DNA of 64,000 bases, taken from contig CAVPRW010000040.1 in assembly GCA_963707985.1 (NCBI GenBank), forward strand, positions 12,956-76,955. Direction: 5' to 3'. Under the pieces are notes generated by a model. It made no database searches, was not told where the DNA came from, and worked only from the letters and a program-made list of their open reading frames with translations. A program made the position numbers and the translations under genes. Each line of letters starts with the position of its first letter. Positions within the stretch are counted from its first letter, which is position 1. The stretch is from an uncultured Nitrospinota bacterium. GTDB taxonomy: Bacteria > Tectomicrobia > Entotheonellia > J063 > CAVPRW01. Below are positions 31,382 through 41,482 of the stretch, piece by piece.

Positions 31382-32041
31382 ATGCTCGATCAATTACTGG
31401 ATCAGACGGCCTCGATTATCACGTTCGCCTCGCATAAAGCCGTTGTGCCGTCAGCGCAGCGACAGTGTGATTTGTCCAAAGTCCGGGCGGCTATCCGAGC
31501 ACTCTTGCTGGCCATTGGCGAAGATCCCGAGCGTGAGGGGCTGCGCGATACCCCGGACCGGGTGGCACGGAGCTGGACCGAAATTTTGGCCGGCTTTTAT
31601 GAACCCAACCCAGATGCTGTGCTCGATACGGTGTTTCGTCATGATGGCCAAGACTTAGTGCTGGTAAAAAACATCGAATTTGAGTCAATTTGTGAACATC
31701 ATCTCCTGCATTTTACCGGGGTGGCGCACGTGGGCTATATTCCTAATGGCTGGGTTACCGGATTATCCAAGTTGGCCCGACTGGTCGACAACTATGCACG
31801 CCGACTCCAGTTTCAAGAGCAACTGACGAGTCAGATTGCCGACGCCTTGATGAATCCACAGTGCCGTCTACAGGCCCTCGGGGCTGTAGTGGTGGTGAAA
31901 TCTGGTCATTCCTGTATGTCGGTCCGTGGTGTGCGCAAACCGGATGCCAGTACGATCACCTATGCGGTGCGCGGCGTGTTGGAGCACGATGTCATGCGCC
32001 GCCAAGAAGCGCTGACCATCATCCAGGGAGGATTCCTCTAA
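31382..32041 (+). CDS. folE: GTP cyclohydrolase I (type IA)
   Basis: [49 protein letters not shown] (Zn ligands intact). Confidence 0.95.
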   Translation: MLDQLLDQTASIITFASHKAVVPSAQRQCDLSKVRAAIRALLLAIGEDPEREGLRDTPDRVARSWTEILAGFYEPNPDAVLDTVFRHDGQDLVLVKNIEFESICEHHLLHFTGVAHVGYIPNGWVTGLSKLARLVDNYARRLQFQEQLTSQIADALMNPQCRLQALGAVVVVKSGHSCMSVRGVRKPDASTITYAVRGVLEHDVMRRQEALTIIQGGFL

Positions 32042-32139
32042 TGATACACGTTCACGTCGAGTCTCTAGAACCATTGCAATCGATAGGGTGCATTCGCATG
32101 AGGAGCCGCCCATACAGGGTTGAGGGTCATGAGAGGTAG
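32041..32139 (+). pseudogene. Short ORF coupled to folE; possible folB/folX N-terminal remnant
   Basis: TAATG overlap with the folE stop, GGAGG upstream; [16 protein letters not shown], reading VHSHEEPPIQ if one G is added to the GGG run. Confidence 0.3.
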
Positions 32140-32183
32140 CTTTATACGAGCGTCGTGCTATCGCTCCACACTTCATATGGGGA

Positions 32184-33038
32184 ATGACCATGACTCTGCC
32201 CATTGACCTGATCGTCATCCGGCATGGCCAATCCGAAGCCAACACCCAACAGCTAGACCCGCGTGGCGACACGCCAAATGAGGGGCGTGACAACCTCACA
32301 CAACTGACGCAGAGAGGGATCGCACAGGCCAAAGCCACAGGTGACTGGCTCCTTCGTAATGGGCTAACTAATTTTGACCGTTACTATACTTCGCCGTACC
32401 TCCGGGCTCGTCAGACCGCCGCTCTGCTAGCCCTCGATGGTTCATGGACCATCGACGATCGTTGGCGCGAGCGCAACTCCGGCGCAACTTCTCAAGGCCT
32501 TAATAGCCAGCAGCCGCACAAATGGTATGGACGCCCCTACGGTGGCGAATCGTTGGGAACTGATGTGCGTCCGCGGTTTGAGAGCATTATGGACACATTG
32601 CAACAAGAGGGATCCGGCGGGCAAGTCATTGCCATCACTCACGGTAAGTTCATGACCGTTGTGCGCTTTGTGCTGGAGCGTATAACCGTAGCGGAGTGGC
32701 TTGCGAAAGATCGGCAAGATTTAATCGATAACTGTCAGATTTTGCACTACTCGCGCCGCAATCCACAAACCGACGCCGTGGCGTCAGATATACGTTGGAT
32801 GCGATCGATCTGCCCGTGGGACAGCTCTCGTTCATGGAATAATGGCGAATGGAGAGAATTGGGTTGTGTCGCAAGTCTTGCTCAGGAGGTGTTGAAGAAA
32901 CTGTTACCTCTGTCGGTGGGGGGATTAGGCGGCCAAGGCGCAGAACCATTCGGCCACCGTGAGGCCCTCGTTTCCCTCCTCAGTCCCCAGCTACCGTTTT
33001 TTGAGCATGTGCATCAGTTCGATCCCCACGAGAGTTGA
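32184..33038 (+). CDS. Histidine phosphatase (phosphoglycerate mutase family); native sequence ends about 32861, tail is read-through into IS6
   Basis: VIRHGQSEAN, SPYLRARQTA, GGES, ITHG. Confidence 0.88.
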   Translation: MTMTLPIDLIVIRHGQSEANTQQLDPRGDTPNEGRDNLTQLTQRGIAQAKATGDWLLRNGLTNFDRYYTSPYLRARQTAALLALDGSWTIDDRWRERNSGATSQGLNSQQPHKWYGRPYGGESLGTDVRPRFESIMDTLQQEGSGGQVIAITHGKFMTVVRFVLERITVAEWLAKDRQDLIDNCQILHYSRRNPQTDAVASDIRWMRSICPWDSSRSWNNGEWRELGCVASLAQEVLKKLLPLSVGGLGGQGAEPFGHREALVSLLSPQLPFFEHVHQFDPHES

Positions 33039-33240
33039 CTGGGCCGCGTCAAACGATGTGAATCCCAGCATTGGACGCGTCACCGGCTTGATCGCCCGAT
33101 GATCCTGCTCGATGATGTTGTTGAGATACTTCACCTGGCGGATGTCGATCGCGGTGCCGTGCGCCTCATGGTCGCGCTTGAGGGCCGCTTCATGGGCCGT
33201 ACTCCCGTCGATGCTGATCTTCTCCGGCACGCCGTGACGT
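32862..33240 (-). mobile_element. IS6-family remnant: transposase C-terminal half plus terminal inverted repeat
   Basis: RRHGVPEKISIDGS..IRQVKYLNNIIEQDHR..PMLGF..GIELMHM; end GGTTGTGTCGCAA resembles IS6 IRs. Confidence 0.85.
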
Positions 33241-33692
33241 CTGTGTATGTCTGTGTGGACATGTTGAGTCTCACACCGCTTCTGCGGTATGATGGGTGCG
33301 TGGACCATGCGCTCCCCCCAATCCCTGATGCACGCGCTGCCCACGCCCTGCAGCGCCATACGGGTGACCGCGCCGTGATGGCTGGAGCGCTGGGAGCCGA
33401 GCCCCGACAGCAGCCTGGCGTGACGCACGCGAGTGGTGCCGGCACGCAGGCCGACCTGAACAGCGCTCCACGGGCGGACGTCACGCGGCGGCGCGGGAGC
33501 AATCGGGATCAGGAGGGATTCCCCTTTACGGAGTGGTGGGAAGGTTCCAGGGACTGGAAACCCGACATGCCGCGGGGTTCGTACAGGCTTGATCGCCTCA
33601 TCATCGATCGGCTCGGTCAGTCCGAGGTGCGCTGTGAGCGGGCAGGGCAGGAGTATCGTGGACGAGAATATCGCTGTGAAGGGAGTTGTCCC

Positions 33693-33950
33693 ATGGACTT
33701 TACTGATGTCGAGCAGCGCTGGCAGCAGTATGTCAACGAATTCTTCGCCGAACAGGGCATGCCAGAGGATTTTTTTTACGAAGCGCGAGGTGATGGTGAG
33801 GAGCCGCAGCTGGTTCTCGACACCGAGCACGCCCGCGTCTATGCTGCCTGGCTCGCCACCAAGGGGCACATCACCGAAGTAGAGCACCAGTGGCTGGCGA
33901 GGGATATTCAACAACGCGAGGAAGACCGTCGCGACGAGGTGGCGGAGTAA
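33693..33950 (+). CDS. Small acidic hypothetical protein (85 aa)
   Basis: GGGAG RBS, ATG 33693, protein-like composition. Confidence 0.5.
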   Translation: MDFTDVEQRWQQYVNEFFAEQGMPEDFFYEARGDGEEPQLVLDTEHARVYAAWLATKGHITEVEHQWLARDIQQREEDRRDEVAE

Positions 33951-34053
33951 GATCTGCGGGCCGCCGCTGCACCTAAAGATCGTGCCAGCCATGAACCCCT
34001 GAGGCTGACTACCCGGTTGAGGTGATAGCTGCTCCCGTGAAGGAGATTGTGCA

Positions 34054-34665
34054 ATGGCCTATGATTTTCTCATTGACACATACGCAAGCGAGCGCATGAA
34101 GGTCATCAGCGTCTGGAGCATGTTCAAAGACGAAGATCTCCCGATACGGCCCCATCAAGTCGACCCTCGCGGGCGGAGCGTTCATGAGCATATGGTCCAT
34201 CAGTGCGTCAGTGAGGATGTGTGGTTTCGTACCATGCTTGGCATCGACGTGGCGGCACCTCCCTTACCGACGCAGGAAACCCGTGGAGCGTTCATGCGCC
34301 GCTATGCGGAAGATAGCGGCAAACGCCTGGCTGCGTTGCGGATGAAGGACGAACCGTGGTGGGAGGAGCATGTGGCCTTTTTCGACGTGCAACGCTCGCG
34401 GGCCTGGGTGATGACGCGACGCATGACCCATACTGCCCAGCACCGCGGGCAACTGCTGGCGATGCTCCGCCAGCTCGGGCGAGACCTGCACAGTACCTAT
34501 GGGCCGACCGCTGATACGGGTGGCTTGATGCAAAATCATGCGCCGACCATCTATGCCTATGCCAGCGTGGATGCCCTCTTAGGAGGAGAAGCGGCCGGCG
34601 GGGCCAAAGCGCCATTGCCGGAGCCCACCACTCAGCCGGTCACCGAGCGGCCGGCAGCAAGGTAG
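34054..34665 (+). CDS. DinB-family protein
   Basis: RSVHEHMVHQ, THTAQHRGQL, YGPTAD; AAGGAG RBS. Confidence 0.85.
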   Translation: MAYDFLIDTYASERMKVISVWSMFKDEDLPIRPHQVDPRGRSVHEHMVHQCVSEDVWFRTMLGIDVAAPPLPTQETRGAFMRRYAEDSGKRLAALRMKDEPWWEEHVAFFDVQRSRAWVMTRRMTHTAQHRGQLLAMLRQLGRDLHSTYGPTADTGGLMQNHAPTIYAYASVDALLGGEAAGGAKAPLPEPTTQPVTERPAAR

Positions 34666-34920
34666 CGGCTTCTGTCGAGTCAGAGGCGATCCACATGCAG
34701 GCCGTCATCATGCTGGGAGATGAACACTCGCTGGCGCGGAACCAGAACCTTTCTCCTGCTGTTTTGAATCCGACCGAGCATCTTGTGAAGCGATGGGAAG
34801 TCACTGACCTAAAGGTCTGATGGCGTCAGCGCAAACGCAATTTGAGAGGTGTCCCACGTGAGAAGGCCAATCGTCTCAAGCCATCGAAGGGAGTCCTTCT
34901 CCCAGGAGGAGAGGCCGGGC

Positions 34921-36327
34921 TCACACCTGCAGCGGCAGGAACACGGTGAATGTGCTCCCTTGCCGGGGAAAGCTCTCCACCTGTATGTGTCCGCCATGGG
35001 CTTCGGCGATAGAGCGGGCGATGCACAACCCAAGCCCAGAGCCCTCTTTGCCCTGATCCACGGCTGCAGGAGCCCGGTAAAAACGTTGGAAGATCTGCTC
35101 AAGCTCCTCGCGCGTGAGGCCAATGCCGGTGTCCGCGACGCGCAGAGCAGCCCACCCCCCATCCCGTTGCAGGGTCAACGTCACCTTCCCACCAGCGGGG
35201 GTGTACTTGATACCATTGTCGATCAGGTTTAACAGGAGCCGTCGGAGGTGTGCGGGATCCCCTTGAATGGTGATGGGCACCACAGACTTGCACTCCATAA
35301 CTACCCCTTGGGCCTCGGCCAAAACTCGCATGTACTCGGTGACTTCCGCCATGAGCTTGGCCAGATCCACCGGTTGTCGGTCCATGCGAAGTACTCCTGC
35401 ATCCGCCCTCGACAACAGGAGCAAACCCTCGACGAGGCGTGCAATGCGCTCGCTTTCCTCCAGTGCACTCGTCAGCACACGGTGATATTCGTCCGGGCTT
35501 CTGGGGGCACGGAGGGCCACCTCTAGCTCCCCTTTTAAAATGGTGAGAGGGGTTTGCAACTCGTGGGAGGCATCGGCGCTAAACTGACGTACTTGGCGAA
35601 AGGCTGCGTCCAAACGACCAAGCATCTCGTTCAGCGTGGTTGCGAGCCGATCCAGTTCGTCATCGGAGCCGGTGGTTTCCAAACGCTCATTGAGATGTTC
35701 AGCGCTGATGCGCCTCGCGGCCTCAGTCATGCGGTCCACCGGGCGCAGTGCCCGCCGGGCCAATATCCATCCACCACCACCGGCAAACAAAAGCGCCAGG
35801 GGCAGCACTGTGGCCATGACCAACAGAAAACGCCGACGCGTGACGGCAACGCTCTCTAACGACATTCCTACCTGAATCAAGCTGGTGACGCGGCCAGCTT
35901 CGCGCACGGGCTGAACCAGGACACGCACCGGATATGCCCCCAGCCCCTCCACCGTCTCAAATGTCTGCAAGCCCTCTGCGGCACGTTGCACGGCGTTGGA
36001 GCTCAGGGGCAACCTTTCAGAGCGCGGGGGTACTTCCTGGGAATCGCGGTCACCCCAGGGATGGCGCCTTTCTACATAGCGATCCCAGGGTGAAAACCCG
36101 AAAAACCGGCGGAAGATGGCCTCGACCTCCGCGGGGATGGGGGGAGAACCTCCTCTGGAAGGCTGTGCGGCGATAGTCAAGGCCACCCCTTGCAGGGCAC
36201 GATCGATGTCGCGGGCCAGGCTATAGCCCAAAAGCCCATACGCCGTACCGCCCAGGATCAGGAGCGTGACGGTCAGGAGGCTCGTGTACCAAAGGGTCAA
36301 GCGAGCGCGAATGGAGCGCAGGCGCAT
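34921..36327 (-). CDS. Heavy-metal/envelope sensor histidine kinase (CusS-like; HAMP-HisKA-HATPase)
   Basis: RARLTLWY, HAMP, ASHELQTPL, NLIDNGIKY, DTGIG, GSGLGL. Confidence 0.92.
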   Translation of the reverse strand: MRLRSIRARLTLWYTSLLTVTLLILGGTAYGLLGYSLARDIDRALQGVALTIAAQPSRGGSPPIPAEVEAIFRRFFGFSPWDRYVERRHPWGDRDSQEVPPRSERLPLSSNAVQRAAEGLQTFETVEGLGAYPVRVLVQPVREAGRVTSLIQVGMSLESVAVTRRRFLLVMATVLPLALLFAGGGGWILARRALRPVDRMTEAARRISAEHLNERLETTGSDDELDRLATTLNEMLGRLDAAFRQVRQFSADASHELQTPLTILKGELEVALRAPRSPDEYHRVLTSALEESERIARLVEGLLLLSRADAGVLRMDRQPVDLAKLMAEVTEYMRVLAEAQGVVMECKSVVPITIQGDPAHLRRLLLNLIDNGIKYTPAGGKVTLTLQRDGGWAALRVADTGIGLTREELEQIFQRFYRAPAAVDQGKEGSGLGLCIARSIAEAHGGHIQVESFPRQGSTFTVFLPLQV

Positions 36328-36330
36328 AGT

Positions 36331-37011
36331 TCATTCCGTTTTCAACACGTAACCGACACCACGTATCGTGTGGAGTAACTTGGGCTCTCGACCGGCATCG
36401 ACTTTCTTGCGTAGATAATTGACATAGACATCGATGACGTTCGTGGAGGTATCAAAGGAGTAATCCCATACATGTTCGGCGATCATGGTGCGGGTCAGCA
36501 CGCGACCAGGGTTACGCATAAAATAGTCGAGGAGGGCAAATTCGCGCGGCGTCAAGTCGATCTTTTCGTCTCCTCGGGTGACAGTGCGCCGAGCAGGATC
36601 GAGCATCAGATCATCGATGCGTAGGACCGTCGGTTCCCCTTCCGTGCGCCGTCGCAGCAAGGCCCGCACCCGCGCTACTAGCTCCTGAAACGCGAAGGGC
36701 TTGGTCAGGTAGTCGTCGGCGCCGGCATCGAGTCCTAAGACTTTGTCCTCAATGGTGGCGCGCACAGTCAGGAGCAGCACGGGTGCCGATACGCCGTCGT
36801 GTCGCAAGGCCTGGAGCACACGCAGACCATCCATCTTGGGAAGGCGGATGTCAAGAATGATCAGATCGTGCACGCGCGTCAGCGCCAGGGCCAAGCCCTC
36901 CTCGCCATCGGCAGCGACGTCCACAGCATACCCCTCCTCCTCCAGACCCTTCTTGATGAAGCTGGCGACTTTCTTTTCGTCTTCCACGACCAGGATTCGC
37001 ACTGACGACAT
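36331..37011 (-). CDS. OmpR-family response regulator (CusR-like)
   Basis: RILVVEDE, GADDYLTKPF, NVIDVYVNYLRKK, TIRGVGY. Confidence 0.93.
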   Translation of the reverse strand: MSSVRILVVEDEKKVASFIKKGLEEEGYAVDVAADGEEGLALALTRVHDLIILDIRLPKMDGLRVLQALRHDGVSAPVLLLTVRATIEDKVLGLDAGADDYLTKPFAFQELVARVRALLRRRTEGEPTVLRIDDLMLDPARRTVTRGDEKIDLTPREFALLDYFMRNPGRVLTRTMIAEHVWDYSFDTSTNVIDVYVNYLRKKVDAGREPKLLHTIRGVGYVLKTE

Positions 37012-37191
37012 CCTCACCGTTGGGCGATAGCTGATCTCACCTCAGCCACCAACACGAACCGTTTATTCACCTTGGCACCGGACGGCGTCTATCTGCTGGC
37101 TTTCACCACTGGCACACCTCCTTGCCACGCGCCATCAGGGAGGCGATCGCGCCGCCGATGAGCGCGCGATCGGTCATCGCCCATTACTCCT

Positions 37192-39601
37192 TCACCTCGG
37201 ATCTGCATGGCGCTGCTGCCCTGGGTTTAGTGCCCTTGACATGCCGACAACTTCATCTGCCAACCGATCGAGCTCTGATTTCAGCGCCATGATGCTGGAC
37301 ATGGCGTCGTCGTTGAGCCTCTCCGACGGTTCCGTAGCGGATTTGGCCGCCCCCATGGAGGTCAGCCGATGGATAGAGGCCTGGGCTGCAGCGAGGCTGG
37401 CATCGCAGGCAGGGAGGTCTGCAGGAAGGCACCTACATTGGACGGCCTTTGCCAGGCGTTCGTAGCATCACCTCCAGGCATTTGGTGAAGGGTTCAAGGC
37501 CGGGGAGGATATCTCGGCCAGTCATCGCCGGCACATTGACTGCCAGGGTGGTCACACCATCGTAGAAGCGTTGATTGTAGGTGACCAGTGCGTAACTCGG
37601 TCCGATAGGGCCATGCTGAGTTTCCGGCTCACTCAGTAACCGCTGGAAGGCGGCCGCAGCGTTAGCATTCTCCAATTGTGCCTGCATACGTGTCGAGCGC
37701 AGCACATCGGGGCCGCTTGTCTGCCCGCGGTACCCCGCGATGACGCTCAGGAAGTAGTCCCGATTAGCGGCGATCGTGCGGGCCAGTTGCTCAGGGAGGC
37801 GCTCGCGCTCCCAACTCGGCCACAGCAGGTAACCCGCGAGTAACGCCAGTAGACCACCGATGACGGTGTCGACGCTGCGGATGGCAGCCACTTCCCAATT
37901 GCCTGGCTGGACAGTATTCAGCAGTAGGACGATGAACGGTGTCAAGAACAGGACGCCAAGTCCGTAGTTGTGAGCGATCAGGGAAAACGCCGGGATACCA
38001 AACAACAGGAGGAGGAAGTCGAGAGCAATCGGTCCGGTGATCGCCGCCGCCATGATGGCACCTACCACACTGCCAGCAACGGTACCAATCACGCGCTGCT
38101 TGGCTTGTTGGTAGGTGCCACCGAAGTTTGGTTTCAAAATCACCATGGCGGTGAGTCCCACCCAGGCTCCATGTGGCAGGCTAAGGAGGGTAGGCAGCGT
38201 GGCTGCAGCGGTGGCTGTGACACCCAGCCGCAGTGCATGTCGGAATGTTAATGAACGAAAGGTCAGGTTATCCTGGAGTTGACTGACGACGACGTCTAGT
38301 CGAGCCCTGACTGTCCGCCTTGCAATCCCTGCATCCTGCGCCACCAGAGGCAGACCATCGACTTGGGCAAGACTGTCCGCAGCGGCGTGCACCTGCCGGG
38401 TCACCACCTGCAGCGCTCGAACGATAGTTTGCAGGTCGAGGACCTCGGCACGGTCCTGTGAAGAAGCTTGCGACACCTGTTGCCGTCCGGTGAGCATAGC
38501 ATCCACAGCCGCTGTGGCCTGATCCAGCGCCTTCAGGTCCAGTCCATCGTGTTCCTGCACGATCGCCGTCGCCAGCGTTGCGACCGCAGCTGCGAGTTGC
38601 TGCACAGCAGCTTCGATCTGCGCTCGTATCCGCACGTCGTCGGTGTGGCGGAAAGGTCCCTCCAGCGTCTCCGCCAGGGCAATGGTGGTGTCGAAGATAG
38701 ATCTCGCACTGCGCAACAGCACGAGCAGTTCCTGCCCTGTCGGACTCATGCCCGCTCTGGACGTTCTCATGGTGACGATCATATCATGAGCCTGGGCCAT
38801 CGCTTCGAGGGCGGCCGCCCGTTCTTGCGTCACCGACTCCGACCAGCCCGACCCAGCGTTTTCCCGACCCACCCCGATTCGGCAAGCCGCGCCGATGAAG
38901 ACGCTTATCGCACGATAGCAGGCCGCCACCGATTCCCGGACCGGTTGATATGGATGCAGAGGCCACAGCCACAACGAGAGCACCATCGCCCACAGGCCGC
39001 CGCCGATGAGTGCTAGAGAGCGCTCAGCTCCTTCGGTCACTCCGGCGGGCACCCCAACCATGAGGACAAAAAGGATAAGCGACAAAAAACTCACCTTTGC
39101 TGCAGCATTCCCGTAGAGACCGGCTAACCCCGCCACGCTCGCGAACAAGAACATCAACGGCAAGGAGAGCCACAGCGACCAGCCAACGACTGTGCCAAGC
39201 AATGCAGCAACCGCCAGACTGATCGTTGCCAGGCCCATGGTGATTGCCTTCATCCGGTATGGGCCACCGATATCGGCGAGGGAAACGTTCAGCCCACCGA
39301 TGCCCACCATCATGGCAAGAGACCTATCGTCCGTGAGTTGCCCGATGATCACCGGCACCAGCACGGCGGCTGTGGTCCGCATGCCGGTGGCCACTGATGA
39401 CCTCCATGGGCCACCTGTGGCGCCTATCATCCCCATGAGAGCATGCGCTTGACTGACCAACTCTCTTCTGAGCATCGCCGGCTGCTGCCTGAGGAATAGA
39501 TGATCTTCGCGGTGACGTGAGTGTTTGACGGGAATACAACCGAGGCGTCCCGGAAGCATTGAGAGGACGCAGCTCAGGCTGGAGGAGGCCGGGTAGATCA
39601 T
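37192..39601 (-). CDS. FUSC/YccS-family membrane protein; frameshift near 37460
   Basis: FRHALRL..HGAW..ILKP..QRVIGT..RSVDTVIG..LLWPSWE; frame continues to TGA at 37192. Confidence 0.85.
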
Positions 39602-39625
39602 GGGCATCCTCCAGCCGATCAGGAT

Positions 39626-40342
39626 TTAATCTCGACGGCCGCCCAATAGACGGAGGAGCATGAGAAAGAGGTTGATGAAATTGAGGTAGAGGGCGAGGGC
39701 ACCGACAACGGCGTAGGAGCCCATGCGGTCCTCAGGCACCGTCGCCGCCATCTGCTTCAAGCGCTGCGCATCCCACGCTGTCAACCCGGTGAACACGATT
39801 ACACCGATGGTGGAGATCAGGAATTGCAGGGCATCGTTATGCCAGAACATGCCGACGATCGACGCCAACACCAGACCGATCAGGCCCATGAAGAGGAATT
39901 GACCGACGCCGGCGAGGCTGCGCTTGGTGGTCGAGCCAAAAACCGCCAGCGCGCCGAACATGCCAGAGGTCACCAGAAAGGTAGACGCAATCGACTCTCC
40001 GGTATAGACGAGCAGGATAAACGACAGCGTCACGCCATTCAAGGCGGAATAGACCATGAACAGCGTCATTGCCGTGGTCGGCGCCAGTGTTTCGACCCTG
40101 GCCGAAAGGTAGAAGACCAGCCCGAGCTCTGCCACGATCAAACCGAAAAACAGGAATTGGTTGGTGACGATATATCGAAGCAGCGTTGGCGAACCAGCTA
40201 CCATGAACGCCACAACCGCGGTGACGGCCAGGCCGATAAACATCCAGCCATAGACTTTCCGGAGAAACGTGGTGACGCGCTCGGCTGGGACTTCGGCCGT
40301 CATCCTGAACGCTGAAGGTGATCGCATATTGAACCGTTCCAT
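39626..40342 (-). CDS. Bax inhibitor-1/YccA-family membrane protein
   Basis: FLRKVYGWM, GLTAWDAQRLK, ALALYLNFINLFL. Confidence 0.92.
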   Translation of the reverse strand: MERFNMRSPSAFRMTAEVPAERVTTFLRKVYGWMFIGLAVTAVVAFMVAGSPTLLRYIVTNQFLFFGLIVAELGLVFYLSARVETLAPTTAMTLFMVYSALNGVTLSFILLVYTGESIASTFLVTSGMFGALAVFGSTTKRSLAGVGQFLFMGLIGLVLASIVGMFWHNDALQFLISTIGVIVFTGLTAWDAQRLKQMAATVPEDRMGSYAVVGALALYLNFINLFLMLLRLLGGRRD

Positions 40343-40480
40343 CTCGATCCCTCCTTGTTTGTTAAAAGACATGCCATGCCGCTTGTATGGCACGAGCCAG
40401 GAAGACACATCAGCATGGGGCAGCCTAACACAGGTTGACAGCTGTGGCAAGCATAGCTATGTATCTGATCATGATCGCGT

Positions 40481-41482
40481 TTAAGCCACTTTCCGGAGGA
40501 TTTCCTCCGCGACTCGCTCCAGATAGTCCAGGCGAGCAGGCAGCTCACGAGGCAAGTTATACATCGTCAAGCTGATGTGAGTAAGTCCCAGTTCCTCACG
40601 CGTGCGCAACAGGGTTTCGACGCAGTCAGCGGTCGACCCATGCACAGTCCAATCATGCAGGGGACGATCAAAGGACAGCGCCAGCGGCACCATGGTGGCT
40701 TCCTGCATTGCCCAGGCGCGATAATTGGCAAAGGTACGCTCCAGGTAGGCGCGACCGATACGCCCGGCGTCCTCCTGATCTTTCCCGAGCAACAACGCCC
40801 GCGAGGCGCCGAGCACGCCCGGCGAGGGCTGTCCGGCTTCGGCGCGGGCCTGCCGGTAGGTGTCGATGAGTTTGCCGATGTCCGCCCAGCTTACCTGTGG
40901 TCCGAAGAACACACCGTCGGTGAGGCGCGCCGCCCGTGCCGTAGCACGCTCGCTCTGACACCCCATGACAATGGGTGGATGGGGTTTTTGCACCGGCGTC
41001 AAGCCCATACGCAGTTTGGTGACCCGGGCGTACTGACCGGCGAAGGTCACCTCCTCGCCGGTCCAGAGCTGTTTCATCAAGGCCAATGCTTCTTCGAGCT
41101 TGGGGACGCGATCTTTACGTGTGAGCCCCACAGCTTCGAGTTCCGCTTCGCGGTAGCCGATGGCCACGCCGAGCGTCAGCCGGCCATGTGAGATGGCATC
41201 CAAGGTCGCCACGTGTTCTGCTGCTTCGACAGGGTTGAGTAAGGGTAGAAGAATTACCAACGTCATCAGCCGCATCTCCCCGGTCTCGGGGGCGAGGCGA
41301 GCCAGGAGCGGGAACGGTTGCGGCCACACGCTCGGATGTGCCGCCCAGTGGTGTGGCGCGGAGATCCAGGCAAACCCGAGCTGCGACGCCCGGCGCGCGA
41401 TGGCCACCACCTCATCGACGACCTGCGTTGGGGCGCGATCGGTTGGGCTAAAGAATGGCGTCAGATGAATGCCAATTTGCAT
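40481..41482 (-). CDS. LLM-class flavin-dependent oxidoreductase
   Basis: NPVEAAEHVATLDAISHGRLTLGVAIGYR, PVQKPHPPI. Confidence 0.9.
   Translation of the reverse strand: MQIGIHLTPFFSPTDRAPTQVVDEVVAIARRASQLGFAWISAPHHWAAHPSVWPQPFPLLARLAPETGEMRLMTLVILLPLLNPVEAAEHVATLDAISHGRLTLGVAIGYREAELEAVGLTRKDRVPKLEEALALMKQLWTGEEVTFAGQYARVTKLRMGLTPVQKPHPPIVMGCQSERATARAARLTDGVFFGPQVSWADIGKLIDTYRQARAEAGQPSPGVLGASRALLLGKDQEDAGRIGRAYLERTFANYRAWAMQEATMVPLALSFDRPLHDWTVHGSTADCVETLLRTREELGLTHISLTMYNLPRELPARLDYLERVAEEILRKVA

Noticed and set aside
30527..32870. 7-deazaguanine/queuosine or dpd DNA-modification cluster
   Set aside because: Only folE is present; no queD, queE, queC, tgt or dpdA in the window.
28551..33240. 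Intact IS6 composite transposon
   Set aside because: Both IS pieces are partial, only one IR is recognisable and it faces the cargo, and no target duplication was seen.
32991..33992. Long ORFs 33099-33950 (+) and 32991-33992 (-) as single genes
   Set aside because: They are chimeras of IS6 sense/antisense sequence and the small ORF at 33693.
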